NCBI GenBank assembly: GCA_964016885.1
Contig: OZ024742.1
Coordinates: 363,878,001 to 363,942,000 of the forward strand
Direction: 5' to 3'
DNA: 64,000 nt
Origin: Eledone cirrhosa
Lineage: Eukaryota
Positions 13,501-28,500 of the stretch are shown here, piece by piece. A model generated the notes under the pieces. It made no database searches. It was given only the letters and a program-made list of their open reading frames with translations, and was not told where the DNA came from. Numbering within the stretch: the first letter of the stretch is position 1; every line of letters begins with the position of its first letter. Position numbers and translations under genes: made by a program.

Positions 13501-16500
13501 AGATGAAACTATCCTTGGTGCTAAGTTGGTTAGAATGTCAGATGGAACTATCCTTGGTGCTAAGTTGGTTACAATGTCAGATGGAACTATCCTTGCTGCT
13601 AAGTTGGTTACAATGTCAGATGGAACTATCCTTGGTGCTAAGTTGGTTACAATGTCAGATGGAACTATCCTTGCTGCTAAGTTGGTTACAATGTCAGATG
13701 GAACTATCCTTGCTGCTAAGTTGGTTACAATGTCAGATGGAACTATCCTTGGTGCTAAGTTGGTTAGAATGTCAGATGAAACTATCCTTGGTGCTAAGTT
13801 GGTTACAATGTCAGATGGAACTATCCTTGCTGCTAAGTTGGTTACAATGTCAGATGGAACTATCCTTGGTGCTAAGTTGGTTACAATGTCAGATGAAACT
13901 ATCCTTGCTGCTAAGTTGGTTAGAATGTTAGATGGAACTATCCTTGGTGCTAAGTTGGTTAGAATGTCAGATGGAACTATCCTTGGTGCTAAGTTGGTTA
14001 CAATGTCAGATGGAACTATCCTTGCTGCTAAGTTGGTTAGAATGTCAGATGGAACTATCCTTGGTGCTAAGTTGGTTAGAATGTCAGATGGAACTATCCT
14101 TGGTGCTAAGTTGGTTACAATGTCAGATGGAACTATCCTAGCTGCTAAGTTGGTTACAATGTCAGATGGAACTATCCTTGCTGCTAAATTGGTTAGAATG
14201 TCAGATGGAACTATCCTTGCTGCTAAGTTGGTTAGAATGTCAGATGGAACTATCCTTGCTGCTAAGTTGGTTAGAATGTCAGATGGAACTATCCTTGCTG
14301 CTAAATTGGTTAGAATGTCAGATGGAACTATCCTTGCTGCTAAGTTGGTTAGAATGTCAGATGGAACTATCCTTGCTGCTAAATTGGTTAGAATGTCAGA
14401 TGGAACTATCCTTGCTGCTAAGTTGGTTAGAATGTCAGATGGAACTATCCTTGCTGCTAAATTGGTTAGAATGTCAGATGGAACTATCCTTGCTGCTAAG
14501 TTGGTTAGAATGTCACATGGAACTATCCTTGCTGCTAAGTTGGTTAGAATGTCAGATGGAACTATCCTTGCTGCTAAATTGGTTAGAATGTCAGATGGAA
14601 CTATCCTTGCTGCTAAGTTGGTTAGAATGTCAGATGGAACTATCCTTGCTGCTAAATTGGTTAGAATGTCAGATGGAACTATCCTTGCTGCTAAGTTGGT
14701 TAGAATGTCAGATGGAACTATCCTTGCTGCTAAGTTGGTTAGAATGTCACATGGAACTATCCTTGCTGCTAAGTTGGTTAGAATGTCAGATGGAACTATC
14801 CTTGCTGCTAAATTGGTTAGAATGTCAGATGGAACTATCCTTGCTGCTAAATTGGTTAGAATGTCAGATGGAACTATCCTTGCTGCTAAGTTGGTTAGAA
14901 TGTCACATGGAACTATCCTTGCTGCTAAGTTGGTTAGAATGTCAGATGGAACTATCCTTGCTGCTAAATTGGTTAGAATGTCAGATGGAACTATCCTTGC
15001 TGCTAAGTTGGTTAGAATGTCAGATGGAACTATCCTAGCTGCTAAGTTGGTTACAATGTCAGATGGAACTATCCTAGCTGCTAAGTTGGTTACAATGTCA
15101 GATGGAACTATCCTAGCTGCTAAATTGGTTACAATGTCAGATGGAACTATCCTTGGTGCTAAATTGGTTACAATGTCAGATGGAACTATCCTTGGTGCTA
15201 AGTTGGTTACAATGTCAGATGGAACTATCCTAGCTGCTAAGTTGGTTACAATGTCAGATGGAACTATCCTAGCTGCTAAATTGGTTACAATGTCAGATGG
15301 AACTATCCTTGCTGCTAAGTTGGTTAGAATGTCAGATGGAACTATCCTTGTTGCTAAGTTGGTTACATTGTCAGATGGAACTATCCTTGGTGCTAAGTTG
15401 GTTAGAATGTCAGATGGAACTATCCTAGGTGCTAAGTTGGTTAGAATGTCAGATGGAACTATCCTAGGTGCTAAGTTGGTTAGAATGTCAGATGGAACTA
15501 TCCTTGGTGCTAAGTTGGTTCCAATGTCAGATGGAACTATCCTTGCTGCTAAGTTGGTTAGAATGTCAGATGGAATTATCCAAGCTGCTAAGTTGGTTAG
15601 AATGTCAGATGGAACTATCCTTGCTGCTAAGTTGGTTAGAATGTCAGATGGAACTATCCTTGGTGCTAAGTTGGTTAGAATGTCAGATGGATCTATCCTT
15701 GCTGCTAAGTTGGTTAGAATGTCAGATGGAACTATCCTTGCTGCTAAGTTGGTTACAATGTCAGATGGAACTATCCTTGCTGCTAAGTTGGTTAGAATGT
15801 CAGATGGAATTATCCTTGGTGCTAAGTTGGTTAGAATGTCAGATGGAACGATCCTTGGTGCTAAATTGGTTAGAATGTCACATGGATCTATCCTTGGTGC
15901 TAAGTTGGTTCCAATGTCAGATGGAACTATCCTTGGTGCTAAGTTGGTTAGAATGTCAGATGGAACTATCCTTGCTGCTAAGTTGGTTACAATGTCAGAT
16001 CGAACTATCCTTGCTGCTAAGTTGGTTAGAATGTCAGATGGAACTATCCTTGGTGCTAAGTTGGTTAGAATGTCAGATGGAACTATCCTTGCTGCTAAGT
16101 TGGTTACAATGTCAGATCGAACTATCCTTGCTGCTAAGTTGGTTAGAATGTCAGATGGAACTATCCTTGCTGCTAAATTGGTTAGAATGTCAGATGGAAC
16201 TATCCTTGGTGCTAAGTTGGTTCCAATGTCAGATGGAACTATCCTTGTTGCTAAGTTGGTTAGAATGTCAGATGGAACTATCCTTGGTGCTAAGTTGGTT
16301 CCAACGTCAGTTGGAACTATCCTTGTTGCTAAGTTGGTTAGAATGTCAGATGGAACTATCCTTGCTGCTAAGTTGGTTACAATGTCAGATGGAACTATCC
16401 TTGCTGCTAAGTTGGTTAGAATGTCAGATGGAACTATCCTAGCTGCTAAGTTGGTTACAATGTCAGATGGAACTGTCCTAGCTGCTAAATTGGTTACAAT

Positions 16501-19500
16501 GTCAGATGGAACTGTCCTAGCTGCTAAATTGGTTCCAATGTCAGATGGAACTATCCTTGGTGCTAAGTTGGTTACAATGTCAGATGGAACTATCCTTGCT
16601 GCTAAGTTGGTTAGAATGTCAGATGGAACTATCCTTGGTGCTAAGTTGGTTAGAATGTCAGTTGGAACTATCCTTGCTGCTAGGTTGGTTAGAATGTCAG
16701 ATGGAACTATCCTTGGTGCTAAGTTGGTTCCAACGACAGATGGAACTGTCCTTGGTGCTAAGTTGGTTAGAATGTCAGATGGAACTATCCTTGGTGCTAA
16801 GTTGGTTAGAATGTCAGATGGAACTATCCTAGGTGCTAAGTTGGTTCCAACGACAGATGGAACTATCCTTGTTGCTAAGTTGGTTACAATGTCAGATGGA
16901 ACTATCCTTGGTGCTAAGTTGGTTAGAATGTCAGATGGAACTATCCTTGCTGCTAGGTTGGTTAGAATGTCAGATGGAACTATCCTTGGTGCTAAGTTGG
17001 TTCCAACGACAGATGGAACTATCCTTGTTGCTAAGTTGGTTACAATGTCAGATGGAACTATCCTTGGTGCTAAGTTGGTTAGAATGTCAGATGGAACTAT
17101 CCTAGGTGCTAAGTTGGTTAGAATGTCAGATGGAACTATCCTAGGTGCTAAGTTGGTTAGAATGTCAGATGGAACTATCCTTGGTGCTAAGTTGGTTCCA
17201 ATGTCAGATGGAACTATCCTTGCTGCTAAGTTGGTTAGAATGTCAGATGGAATTATCCTTGGTGCTAAGTTGGTTAGAATGTCAGATGGAACTATCCTTG
17301 CTGCTAAGTTGGTTAGAATGTCAGATGGAACTATCCTTGCTGATAAGTTGGTTAGAATGTCAGATGGAACTATCCTTGCTGCTAAGTTGGTTACAATGTC
17401 AGATGGAACTATCCTTGGTGCTAAGTTGGTTAGAATGTCAGATGAAACTATCCTTGGTGCTAAGTTGGTTAGAATGTCAGATGGAACTATCCTTGCTGCT
17501 AAGTTGGTTACAATGTCAGATGGAACTATCCTTGGTGCTAAGTTGGTTAGAATGTCAGATGGAACTATCCTTGCTGCTAAGTTGGTTACAATGTCAGATG
17601 GAACTATCCTAGCTGCTAAGTTGGTTAGAATGTTAGATGGAACTATCCTTGCTGCTAAGTTTGTTAGAATGTCAGATGGAACTATCCTTGCTGCTAAGTT
17701 GGTTAGAATGTCAGATGGAACTATCCTTGGTGCTAAGTTGGTTAGAATGTCAGATGGATCTATCCTTGGTGCTAAGTTGGTTAGAATGTCACATGGAACT
17801 ATCCTTGGTGCTAAGTTGGTTACAATGTCAGATGGAACTATCCTTGGTGCTAAGTTGGTTACACTGTCAGATGGAACTATCCTAGCTGCTAAGTTGGTTA
17901 GAATGTCAGATGGAACTATCCTTGGAGTTAAGTTGGTTACAATGTCAGATGGATCTATCCTTGGTGCTAAGTTGGTTCCAATGTCAGATGGAACTATCGT
18001 TGGTGCTAAGTTGATTACAATGTCAGATGGAACTATCCTTGCTGCTAAGTTGGTTAGAATGTCAGATGGAACTATCCTTGGTGCTAAGTTGGTTCCAATG
18101 TCAGATGGAACTATCCTTGGTGCTAAGTTGGTTCCAATGTCAGATGGAACTATCCTTGGTGCTAAGTTGATTACAATGTCAGATGGAACTATCCTTGCTG
18201 CTAAGTTGGTTAGAATGTCAGATGGAACTATCCTTGCTGCTAAGTTGGTTACAATGTCAGATGGAACTATCCTTGGTGCTAAGTTGTTTCCAATGTCAGA
18301 TGGAACTATCGTTGGTGCTAAGTTGATTACAATGTCAGATGGAACTATCCTTGCTGCTAAGTTGGTTACAATGTCAGATGGATCTATCCTTGGTGCTAAG
18401 TTGGTTCCAATGTCAGATGGAACTATCGTTGGTGCTAAGTTGATTACAATGTCAGATGGAACTATCCAAGCTGCTAAGTTGGTTAGAATGTCAGATGGAA
18501 TTATCCTTGGTGCTAAGTTGGTTAGAATGTCAGATGGAACTATCCTTGGTGCTAAGTTTGTTACAATGTCAGATGGAACTATCCTAGCTGCTAAGTTGGT
18601 TAGAATGTTAGATGGAACTATACTTGCTGCTAAGTTGGTTAGAATGTCAGATGGAACTATCCTTGGAGTTAAGTTGGTTACAATGTCAGATGGATCTATC
18701 CTTGGTGCTAAGTTGGTTCCAATGTCAGATGGAACTATCGTTGGTGCTAAGTTGATTACAATGTCAGATGGAACTATCCTTGCTGCTAAGTTGGTTAGAA
18801 TGTCAGATGGAACTATCCTTGCTGCTAAGTTGGTTACAATGTCAGATGGAACTATCCTTGGTGCTAAGTTGGTTCCAATGTCAGATGGAACTATCGTTGG
18901 TGCTAAGTTGATTACAATGTCAGATGGAACTATCCTTGCTGCTAAGTTGGTTACAATGTCAGATGGATCTATCCTTGGTGCTAAGTTGGTTCCAATGTCA
19001 GATGGAACTATCGTTGGTGCTAAGTTGATTACAATGTCAGATGGAACTATCCAAGCTGCTAAGTTGGTTAGAATGTCAGATGGAATTATCCTTGGTGCTA
19101 AGTTGGTTAGAATGTCAGATGGAACTATCCTTGGTGCTAAGTTTGTTACAATGTCAGATGGAACTATCCTAGCTGCTAAGTTGGTTAGAATGTTAGATGG
19201 AACTATACTTGCTGCTAAGTTGGTTAGAATGTCAGATGGAACTATCCTTGGTGCTAAGTTGGTTAGAATGTCAGATGGAACTATCCTTGGTGCTAAGTTG
19301 GTTACAATGTCCGATGGAACTGTCCTAGCTGCTAAATTGGTTAAAATGTCAGATGGAACTATCCTTGGTGCTAAGTTGGTTACAATGTCAGATGGAACTA
19401 TCCTTGGTGCTAAGTTGGTTAGAATGTCAGATGGAACGATCCTTGGTGCTAAATTGGTTAGAATGTCAGATGGAACTATCCTTGCTGCTAAGTTGGTTAC

Positions 19501-22500
19501 AATGTCAGATGGAACTATCCTTGCTGCTAAATTGGTTAGAATGTCAGATGGAACTATCCTTGGTGCTAAGTTGGTTACAATGTCCGATGGAACTGTCCTA
19601 GCTGCTAAATTGGTTAAAATGTCAGATGGAACTATCCTTGGTGCTAAGTTGGTTACAATGTCAGATGGAACTATCCTTGGTGCTAAGTTGGTTAGAATGT
19701 CAGATGGAACGATCCTTGGTGCTAAATTGGTTAGAATGTCAGATGGAACTATCCTTGCTGCTAAGTTGGTTAGAATGTCAGATGGAATTATCCTTGGTGC
19801 TAAGTTGGTTAGAATGTCAGATGGAACTATCCTAGCTCCTAAGTTGGTTAGAATGTTAGATGGAACTATCCTTGCTGCTAAGTTGGTTAGAATGTCAGAT
19901 GGAACTATCCTTGGTGCTAAGTTGGTTCCAATGTCAGATGGAACTAGCCTTGGTGCTAAGTTGGTTCCAATGTCAGATGGAACTATCCTTGGTGCTAAGT
20001 TGGTTCCAATGTCAGATGGAACTATCCTTGCTGCTAAGTTGGTTACAATGGCAGATGGAACTATCCTTGGTGCTAAGTTGGTTACAATGTCAGATGGAAC
20101 TATCCTTGCTGCTAAGTTGATTAGAATGTCAGATGGAACTATCCTTGGTGCTAAGTTGGTTCCAATGTCAGATGGAACTATCCTTGCTGCTAAGTTGGTT
20201 ACAATGGCAGATGGAACTATCCTTGGTGCTAAGTTGGTTACAATGTCAGATGGAACTATCCTAGCTGCTAAGTTGGTTAGAATGTCAGATGGAACTATCC
20301 TTGCTGCTAAGTTAGTTACAATGTCAGATGGAACTATCCTTGCTGCTAAGTTGGTTAGAATGTCAGATGGAACTATCCTTGCTGCTAAGTTGGTTACAAT
20401 GTCAGATGGAACTATCATGGCTGCTAAGTTGATTAGAATGTCAGATGGAACTATCCTTGGTGCTAAGTTGGTTCCAATGTCAGATGGAACTATCCTTGCT
20501 GCTAAGTTGGTTACAATGGCAGATGGAACTATCCTTGGTGCTAAGTTAGTTACAATGTCAGATGGAACTATCCTTGCTGCTAAGTTGGTTCCAATGTCAG
20601 ATGGAACTATCCTTGCTGCTAAGTTGATTAGAATGTCAGATGGAACTATCCTTGCTGCTAAGTTGATTAGAATGTCAGATGGAACTATCCTTGCTGCTAA
20701 GTTGGTTACAATGTCAGATGGAACTATCCTTGCTGCTAAGTTGATTAGAATGTCAGATGGAACTATCCTTGCTGCTAAGTTGATTAGAATGTCAGATGGA
20801 ACTATCCTTGCTGCTAAGTTGGTTACAATGTCAGATGGAACTATCCTTGCTGCTAAGTTGATTAGAATGTCAGATGGAACTATCCTTGCTGCTAAGTTGA
20901 TTAGAATGTCAGATGGAACTATCCTTGCTGCTAAGTTGGTTAGAATGTCAGATGAAACTATCCTTGCTGCTAAGTTGGTTCCAATGTCAGATGGAACTAT
21001 CCTTGCTGCTAAGTTGGTTACAATGTCAGATGGAACTATCCTTGGTGCTAAGTTGTTTAGAATGTCAGATGGAACTATCCTTGGTGCTAAGTTGGTTAGA
21101 ATGTCAGATGGAACTATCCTAGCTGCTAAGTTGGTTAGAATGTCAGATGGAATTATCCTAGCTGCTAAGTTGGTTACAATGTCAGATGGAACTATCCTTG
21201 CTGCTAAGTTGGTTAGAATGTCAGATGGAACTATCCTTGCTGCTAAGTTGGTTAGAATGTCAGATGGAACTATCCTTGCTGCTAAGTTGGTTAGAATGTC
21301 AGATGAAACTATCCTAGCTGCTAAATTGGTTACAATGTCAGATGGAACTATCCAAGCTACTAAGTTGGTTAGAATGTCAGATGAAACTATCCTTGCTGCT
21401 AAGTTGGTTACAATGTCAGATGGAACTATCCAAGCTACTAAGTTGGTTAGAATGTCAGATGAAACTATCCTTGCTGCTAAGTTGGTTACAATGTCAGATG
21501 GAACTATCCAAGCTACTAAGTTGGTTACAATGTCAGATGGAACTATCCTTGGTGCTAAGTTGTTTAGAATGTCAGATGGAACTATCCAAGCTGCTAAGTT
21601 GGTTAGAATGTTAGATGGAACTATCCTTGCTGCTAAGTTGGTTAGAATGTCAGATGGAACTATCCTTGCTGCTAAGTTGGTTAGAATGTCAGATGAAACT
21701 ATCCTAGCTGCTAAATTGGTTACAATGTCAGATGGAACTATCCAAGCTACTAAGTTGGTTACAATGTCAGATGGAACTATCCTTGGTGCTAAGTTGTTTA
21801 GAATGTCAGATGGAACTATCCTAGCTGCTAAGTTGGTTAGAATGTTAGATGGAACTATCCTTGCTGCTAAGTTGGTTAGAATGTCAGATGGAACTATCGT
21901 TGGTGCTAAGTTGATTACAATGTCAGATGGAACTGTCCTAGCTGCTAAATTGGTTACAATGTCAGATGGAACTATCCTTGGTGCTAAGTTGGTTACAATG
22001 TCACATGGAACTATCCTTGGTGCTAAGTTGGTTACAATGTCAGATGGAACTATCCTTGGTGCTAAGTTGGTTACAATGTCCGATGGAACTGTCCTAGCTG
22101 CTAAATTGGTTACAATGTCAGATGGAACTATCCTTGGTGCTAAGTTGGTTACAATGTCACATGGAACTATCCTTGGTGCTAAGTTGGTTACAATGTCAGA
22201 TGGAACTATCCTTGGTGCTAAGTTGGTTACAATGTCCGATGGAACTGTCCTAGCTGCTAAATTGGTTAAAATGTCAGATGGAACTATCCTTGGTGCTAAG
22301 TTGGTTACAATGTCAGATGGAACTATCCTTGCTGCTAAGTTGGTTAGAATGTCAGATGGAACTATCCTTGGTGCTAAGTTGGTTAGAATGTCAGATGGAA
22401 CGATCCTTGGTGCTAAATTGGTTAGAATGTCAGATGGATCTATCCTTGCTGCTAAGTTGGTTCCAGTGTCAGATGGAACAATCCTTGCTGCTAAGTAGGT

Positions 22501-25500
22501 TACAATGTCAGATGGAACTATCCTTGCTGCTAAGTTGGTTAGAGTGTCAGATGGAACTATCCTTGGTGCTAAGTTGTTTACAATGTCAGATGGAACTATC
22601 CTTGCTGCTAAGTTGGTTACAATGTCAGTTGGAACTATCCTTGCTGCTAAGTTGGTTAGAATGTCAGATGGAACTATCCTTGGTGCTAAGTTGTCTACAA
22701 TGTCAGATGGAACTATCATTGCTGCTAAGTTGGTTACAATGTCAGATGGAACTATCCTTGGTGCTAAGTTGGTTAGAATGTCAGATGGAACTATCCTTGC
22801 TGCTAAGTTGGTTAGAATGTCAGATGGAATTATCCTTGGTGCTAAGTTGGTTAGAATGTCAGATGGAACTATCCTTGGTGCTAAGTTTGTTACAATGTCA
22901 GATGGAACTATCCTAGCTGCTAAGTTGGTTAGAATGTCAGATGGAACTATCCTTGGTGCTAAGTTGGTTCCAATGTCAGATGGAACTATCCTTGGTGCTA
23001 AGTTGGTTCCAATGTCAGATGGAACTATCCTTGGTGCTAAGTTTGTTACAATGTCAGATGGAACTATCCTTGGTGCTAAGTTGGTTCCAATGTCAGATGG
23101 AACTATCCTTGGTGCTAAGTTGGTTCCAATGTCAGATGGAACTATCCTTGGTGCTAAGTTGGTTCCAATGTCAGATGGAACTATCCTTGGTGCTAAGTTG
23201 GTTCCAATGTCAGATGGAACTATCATTGGTGCTAAGTTTGTTACAATGTCAGATGGAACTATCCTAGCTGCTAAGTTGGTTAGAATGTCAGATGGAACTG
23301 TCCTTGGTGCTAAGTTGGTTAGAATGTCAGATGGAACTATCCTTGGTGCTAAGTTTGTTACAATGTCAGATGGAACTATCCTTGGTGCTAAGTTGGTTCC
23401 AATGTCAGATGGAACTATCCTTGGTGCTAAGTTGGTTCCAATGTCAGATGGAACTATCCTTGGTGCTAAGTTGGTTCCAATGTCAGATGGAACTATCCTT
23501 GGTGCTAAGTTGGTTCCAATGTCAGATGGAACTATCATTGGTGCTAAGTTTGTTACAATGTCAGATGGAACTATCCTAGCTGCTAAGTTGGTTAGAATGT
23601 CAGATGGAACTGTCCTTGGTGCTAAGTTGGTTAGAATGTCAGATGGAACTATCCTTGCTGCTAAGTTAGTTACAATGTCAGATGGAACTATCCTTGCTGC
23701 TAAGTTGATTAGAATGTCAGATGGAACTATCCTTGCTGCTAAGTTGGTTACAATGTCAGATGGAACTATCCTTGCTGCTAAGTTGGTTAGAATGTCAGTT
23801 GGAACTATCCTTGGTGCTAAGTTGGTTCCAACGTCAGATGGAACTATCCTTGTTGCTAAGTTGGTTACAATGTCAGATGGAACTATCCTTGGTGCTAAGT
23901 TGGTTACAATGTCAGATGGAACTATCCTTGCTGCTAAGTTGGTTAGAATGTCAGTTGGAACTATCCTTGGTGCTAAGTTGGTTCCAACGTCAGATGGAAC
24001 TATCCTTGCTGCTAAGTTGGTTAGAATGTCAGATGGAACTATCCTTGGTGCTAAGTTGGTTACAATGTCAGATGGAACTATCCTTGGTGCTAAGTTGGTT
24101 AGAATGTCAGTTGGAACTATCCTTGCTGCTAAGTTGGTTACAATGTCAGATGGAACTATCCTTGGTGCTAAGTTGGTTCCAACGTCAGATGGAACTATCC
24201 TTGCTGCTAAGTTGGTTAGAATGTCAGTTGGAACTATCCTTGCTGCTAAGTTGGTTACAATGTCAGATGGAACTATCCTTGCTGCTAAGTTGGTTAGAAT
24301 GTCAGATGGAACTATCCTTGTTGCTAAGTTGGTTAGAATGTCAGATGGAACTATCCTTGGTGCTAAGTTGGTTCCAACGTCAGATGGAACTATCCTTGTT
24401 GCTAAGTTGGTTACAATGTCAGATGGAACTATCCTTGGTGCTAAGTTGGTTACAATGTCAGATGGAACTATCCTTGGTGCTAAGTTGGTTAGAATGTCAG
24501 TTGGAACTATCCTTGTTGCTAAGTTGGTTAGAATGTCAGATGGAACTATCCTTGGTGCTAAGTTGGTTCCAACGTCAGATGGAACTATCCTTGTTGCTAA
24601 GTTGGTTACAATGTCAGATGGAACTATCCTTGGTGCTAAGTTGGTTACAATGTCAGATGGAACTATCCTTGTTGCTAAGTTGGTTACAATGTCAGATGGA
24701 ACTATCCTTGCTGCTAAGTTGGTTAGAATGTCAGATGGAACTATCCTTGGTGCTAAGTTGGTTAGAATGTCAGATGGAACTATCCTTGGTGCTAAGTTGG
24801 TTAGAATGTCAGATGGAACTATCCTTGGTGCTAAGTTGGTTACAATGTCAGATGGAACTATCCTTGCTGCTAAGTTGGTTACAATGTCAGATGGAACTAT
24901 CCTTGCTGCTAAGTTGGTTAGAATGTCAGATGGAACTATCCTTGGTGCTAAGTTGGTTAGAATGTCAGATGGAACTATCCTTGGTGCTAAGTTGGTTAGA
25001 ATGTCAGATGGAACTATCCTTGGTGCTAAGTTGGTTACAATGTCAGATGGAACTATCCTTGCTGCTAAGTTGGTTAGAATGTCAGATGGAACTATCCTTG
25101 GTGCTAAGTTGGTTAGAATGTCAGATGGAACTATCCTTGGTGCTAAGTTGGTTACAATGTCAGATGGAACTATCCTTGGTGCTAAGTTGGTTAGAATGTC
25201 AGATGGAACTATCCTTGCTGCTAAGTTGGTTAGAATGTCAGATGGAACTATCCTTGGTGCTAAGTTGGTTAGAATGTCAGATGGAACTATCCTTGGTGCT
25301 AAGTTGGTTAGAATGTCAGATGGAACTATCCTTGGTGCTAAGTTGGTTACAATGTCAGATGGAACTATCCTTGCTGCTAAGTTGGTTAGAATGTCAGATG
25401 GAACTATCCTTGGTGCTAAGTTGGTTAGAATGTCAGATGGAACTATCCTTGGTGCTAAGTTGGTTAGAATGTCAGATGGAACTATCCTTGGTGCTAAGTT

Positions 25501-28500
25501 GGTTACAATGTCAGATGGAACTATCCTTGCTGCTAAGTTGGTTAGAATGTCAGATGGAACTATCCTTGGTGCTAAGTTGGTTAGAATGTCAGATGGAACT
25601 ATCCTTGGTGCTAAGTTGGTTACAATGTCAGATGGAACTATCCTTGCTGCTAAGTTGGTTAGAATGTCAGATGGAACTATCCTTGCTGCTAAGTTGGTTA
25701 CAATGTCAGATGGAACTATCCTTGGTGCTAAGTTGGTTACAATGTCAGATGGAACTATCCTTGCTGCTAAGTTGGTTAGAATGTCAGATGGAACTATCCT
25801 TGGTGCTAAGTTGGTTAGAATGTCAGATGGAACTATCCTTGGTGCTAAGTTGGTTAGAATGTCAGATGGAACTATCCTTGGTGCTAAGTTGGTTACAATG
25901 TCAGATGGAACTATCCTTGCTGCTAAGTTGGTTAGAATGTCAGATGGAACTATCCTTGGTGCTAAGTTGGTTACAATGTCAGATGGAACTATCCTTGGTG
26001 CTAAGTTGGTTACAATGTCAGATGGAACTATCCTTGCTGCTAAGTTGGTTAGAATGTCAGATGGAACTATCCTTGGTGCTAAGTTGGTTAGAATGTCAGA
26101 TGGAACTATCCTTGGTGCTAAGTTGGTTAGAATGTCAGATGGAACTATCCTTGGTGCTAAGTTGGTTACAATGTCAGATGGAACTATCCTTGCTGCTAAG
26201 TTGGTTAGAATGTCAGATGGAACTATCCTTGGTGCTAAGTTGGTTAGAATGTCAGATGGAACTATCCTTGGTGCTAAGTTGGTTACAATGTCAGATGGAA
26301 CTATCCTTGCTGCTAAGTTGGTTAGAATGTCAGATGGAACTATCCTTGCTGCTAAGTTGGTTACAATGTCAGATGGAACTATCCTTCCTGCTAAGTTGGT
26401 TAGAATGTCAGATGGAACTATCCTTGGTGCTAAGTTGGTTAGAATGTCAGATGGAACTATCCTTGGTGCTAAGTTGGTTCCAACGTCAGATGGAACTATC
26501 CTTGTTGCTAAGTTGGTTACAATGTCAGATGGAACTATCCTTGCTGCTAAGTTGGTTAGAATGTCAGATGGAACTATCCTTGTTGCTAAGTTGGTTACAA
26601 TGTCAGATGGAACTATCCTTGCTGCTAAGTTGGTTAGAATGTCAGATGGAACTATCCTTGGTGCTAAGTTGGTTAGAATGTCAGATGGAACTATCCTTGG
26701 TGCTAAGTTGGTTCCAACGTCAGATGGAACTATCCTTGTTGCTAAGTTGGTTAGAATGTCAGATGGAACTATCCTTGGTGCTAAGTTGGTTACAATGTCA
26801 GATGGAACTATCCTTGGTGCTAAGTTGGTTAGAATGTCAGTTGGAACTATCCTTGTTGCTAAGTTGGTTAGAATGTCAGATGGAACTATCCTTGGTGCTA
26901 AGTTGGTTCCAACGTCAGATGGAACTATCCTTGTTGCTAAGTTGGTTAGAATGTCAGATGGAACTATCCTTGCTGCTAAGTTGGTTACAATGTCAGATGG
27001 AACTATCCTTGGTGCTAAGTTGGTTAGAATGTCAGATGGAACTATCCTTGGTGCTAAGTTGGTTAGAATGTCAGTTGGAACTATCCTTGGTGCTAAGTTG
27101 GTTAGAATGTCAGATGGAACTATCCTTGGTGCTAAGTTGGTTCCAACGTCAGATGGAACTATCCTTGTTGCTAAGTTGGTTACAATGTCAGATGGAACTA
27201 TCCTTGCTGCTAAGTTGGTTAGAATGTCAGATGGAACTATCCTTGGTGCTAAGTTGGTTCCAACGTCAGATGGAACTATCCTTGTTGCTAAGTTGGTTAG
27301 AATGTCAGATGGAACTATCCTTGTTGCTAAGTTGGTTAGAATGTCAGATGGAACTATCCTTGCTGCTAAATTGGTTAGAATGTCAGTTGGAACTATCCTT
27401 GGTGCTAAGTTGGTTACAATGTCAGATGGAACTATCCTTGTTGCTAAGTTGGTTAGAATGTCAGTTGGAACTATCCTTGGTGCTAAGTTGGTTACAATGT
27501 CAGATGGAACTATCCTTGGTGCCAAGTTGGTTACAATGTCAGATGGAACTATCCTTGGTGCTAAGTTGGTTCCAATGTCAGATGGAACTATCCTTGGTGC
27601 TAAGTTGGTTCCAATGTCAGATGGAACTATCCTTATTGCTAAGTTGGTTAGAATGTCAGATGGAACTATCCTTGGTGCTAAGTTGGTTAGAATGTAAGAT
27701 GGAACTATCCTTGCTGCTAAATTGGTTAGAATGTCAGATGGAACTATCCTTGGTGCTAAGTTGGTTAGAATGTCAGATGGAACTATCCTTGGTGCTAAGT
27801 TGGTTAGAATGTCAGATGGAACTATCCTTGGTGCTAAATTGGTTAGAATGTCAGATGGAACTATCCTTGGTGCTAAGTTGGTTCCAATGTCAGATGGAAC
27901 TATCCTTGGTGCTAAGTTGGTTCCAATGTCAGATGGAACTATCCTTATTGCTAAGTTGGTTAGAATGTCAGATGGAACTATCCTTGGTGCTAAGTTGGTT
28001 AGAATGTAAGATGGAACTATCCTTGCTGCTAAATTGGTTAGAATGTCACATGGAACTATCCTTGGTGCTAAGTTGGTTCCAATGTCAGATGGAACTATCC
28101 TTGGTGCTAAGTTGGTTAGAATGTCAGATGGAACTATCCTTGCTGCTAAGTTGGTTAGAATGTCAGATGGAACTATCCTTGCTGCTAAATTGGTTACAAC
28201 ATCAGATGGAACTATCCTTGGTGCTAAGTTGGTTAGAATGTCAGATGGAACTATCCTTGCTGCTAAGTTGGTTAGAATGTCAGATGGAACTATCCTTGCT
28301 GCTAAATTGGTTACAACATTAGATGGAACTATCCTTATTGCTAAGTTGGTTAGAATGTCAGATGGAACTATCCTTGCTGCTAAATTGGTTAGAATGTCAG
28401 ATGGAACTATCCTTGCTGCTAAATTAGTTAGAATGTCAGATGGAACTATCCTTGCTGCTAAATTGGTTAGAATGTCAGATGAAACTATCCTTGCTGCTAA

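Noticed and set aside
2-22498. 7,498-aa plus-strand ORF (MSDGTILGAKLVR)n and overlapping (MELSLVLSWLECQ)n ORFs as genes
   Set aside because: These follow from a period divisible by 3. The commonest variants are non-synonymous (G/A, R/T/P), the frame is stopped four times within the array, and there is no unique domain.
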